Assembly (NCBI RefSeq): GCF_000143415.4
Contig: NW_003314286.1
Coordinates: forward strand, 325,766 to 389,765
DNA length: 64,000 nucleotides
Direction: 5' to 3'
Source of the DNA: Selaginella moellendorffii
Lineage: Eukaryota > Plantae > Lycopodiophyta
The notes under the pieces were generated by a model, which worked only from the letters and a program-made list of their open reading frames with translations, was not told the DNA's origin and did no database searches. Below are positions 63,201 through 64,000 of this stretch, in pieces. The position numbers and the translations under genes were made by a program. The stretch's first letter is position 1, and each line of letters starts with the position of its first letter.

Positions 63201-64000
63201 CTTGAGCAAACTGGGAGATCAGTTTCGCGACAAGAAGTTATGACTACTGTTTTCCCCATGTTCCAGCAGCATATTGAACCCCACCTCATGCATGCACATG
63301 TAAGCTCGCATCTCACGAATGGCAGGCTAATGATTTCTCTTGTGCGCAGCTCAAAATATGCAATGATTTTGATCCCGTTCATTCTCCCGAAAGTTCCATG
63401 TTCGTTCTAAAAAGCAGCAAGGAGGTATCCCTTTGTTGAGCTCTTTAAAATATGATGTCTGGATATTTTTTTAATAGGTTGCATACGAGGAGATTGCAAA
63501 GGTCTTGGACCGTGACAAAATGACCACCACTGTACAGACGTTTACAGACATCTATTTTCACCTACCTGGACTTCCTTCTACGAATAACCATTACTCTGAG
63601 AGCAAGTGGATACGCGTCCGCAATTGCGAGGGACGTTTTGCTCTGCTCATTAGGGAGGTATGTTTTGTTATCTACGTGGTTCTTTGATTGATGCATTTTC
63701 TACAGCCAATTAGAGAAGGCAATTTCATCATTCAACCAAGAGTTGATTTTGACATCAGTGTAAGGACCGTAGCAGGATTGTTAAGCTTAGGGTGAGTACT
63801 TGATTCCTGATCGTTAATACGTGCTCATGAACTCTATGAACCAGTTACCAGGCTGTTGCTTACATTGAGGCCACTGCAACCATCTACCAAGATGATAAGG
63901 TGCGTCAGTTTTCCAGTGCAGTAGTTTAACGTCCTCATTTGCAGCTTCTGATCGAGGTTGATCATCTAAAGAACATCTCTACTCCGTACATTCAAATCAA
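60261..64000 (+). CDS. Tandem uridine-kinase-like P-loop plus CYTH/TTM-like protein; runs off the window
   Basis: Two SFDHG/DFDRG...VGIGGPSGSGKTSLA modules, each followed by FIEMYLRPP/WIRMRQ or WIRVRN CYTH-like segments; many short introns. Confidence 0.88.

Noticed and set aside
1-64000. CRISPR arrays, rRNA or prokaryotic defence systems
   Set aside because: Sequence is intron-rich plant nuclear DNA; no repeat-spacer array or rRNA seen.

Overview
Eukaryotic land-plant nuclear DNA. The very short (~50-65 nt) introns, tiny intergenic spacers and PPR relics point to a lycophyte such as Selaginella (inference). The left ~43 kb is repeat-rich and contains: (i) a decayed Ty3/gypsy chromovirus (2320-9097, TSD ATGCA); (ii) an orphan AT-rich secreted bulb-lectin fusion ORF; (iii) a divergent DCD/NRP and methyltransferase-like gene pair; (iv) a tandem array of ~3.5-6 kb units, each carrying a His/Ala/Pro-rich membrane-protein gene, a PPR relic and tRNA-Ala remnants; (v) a short-LTR, tRNA-Ala-primed gypsy element (25399-36681, TSD ATCT), into which a very young non-coding 7.3-kb LTR element (28661-35959, TSD GTTTT) has inserted. 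The right ~20 kb is a dense run of conserved genes: organellar sHSP, DUF3754, POT1, PIEZO, DUF212, ENODL phytocyanin, and a tandem uridine-kinase/CYTH gene. The most novel signal is a ~500-nt RNA structure just upstream of the PPT. It shows several compensatory base changes and is shared by the coding chromovirus and the non-coding element, whose internal regions are otherwise unalignable by eye.
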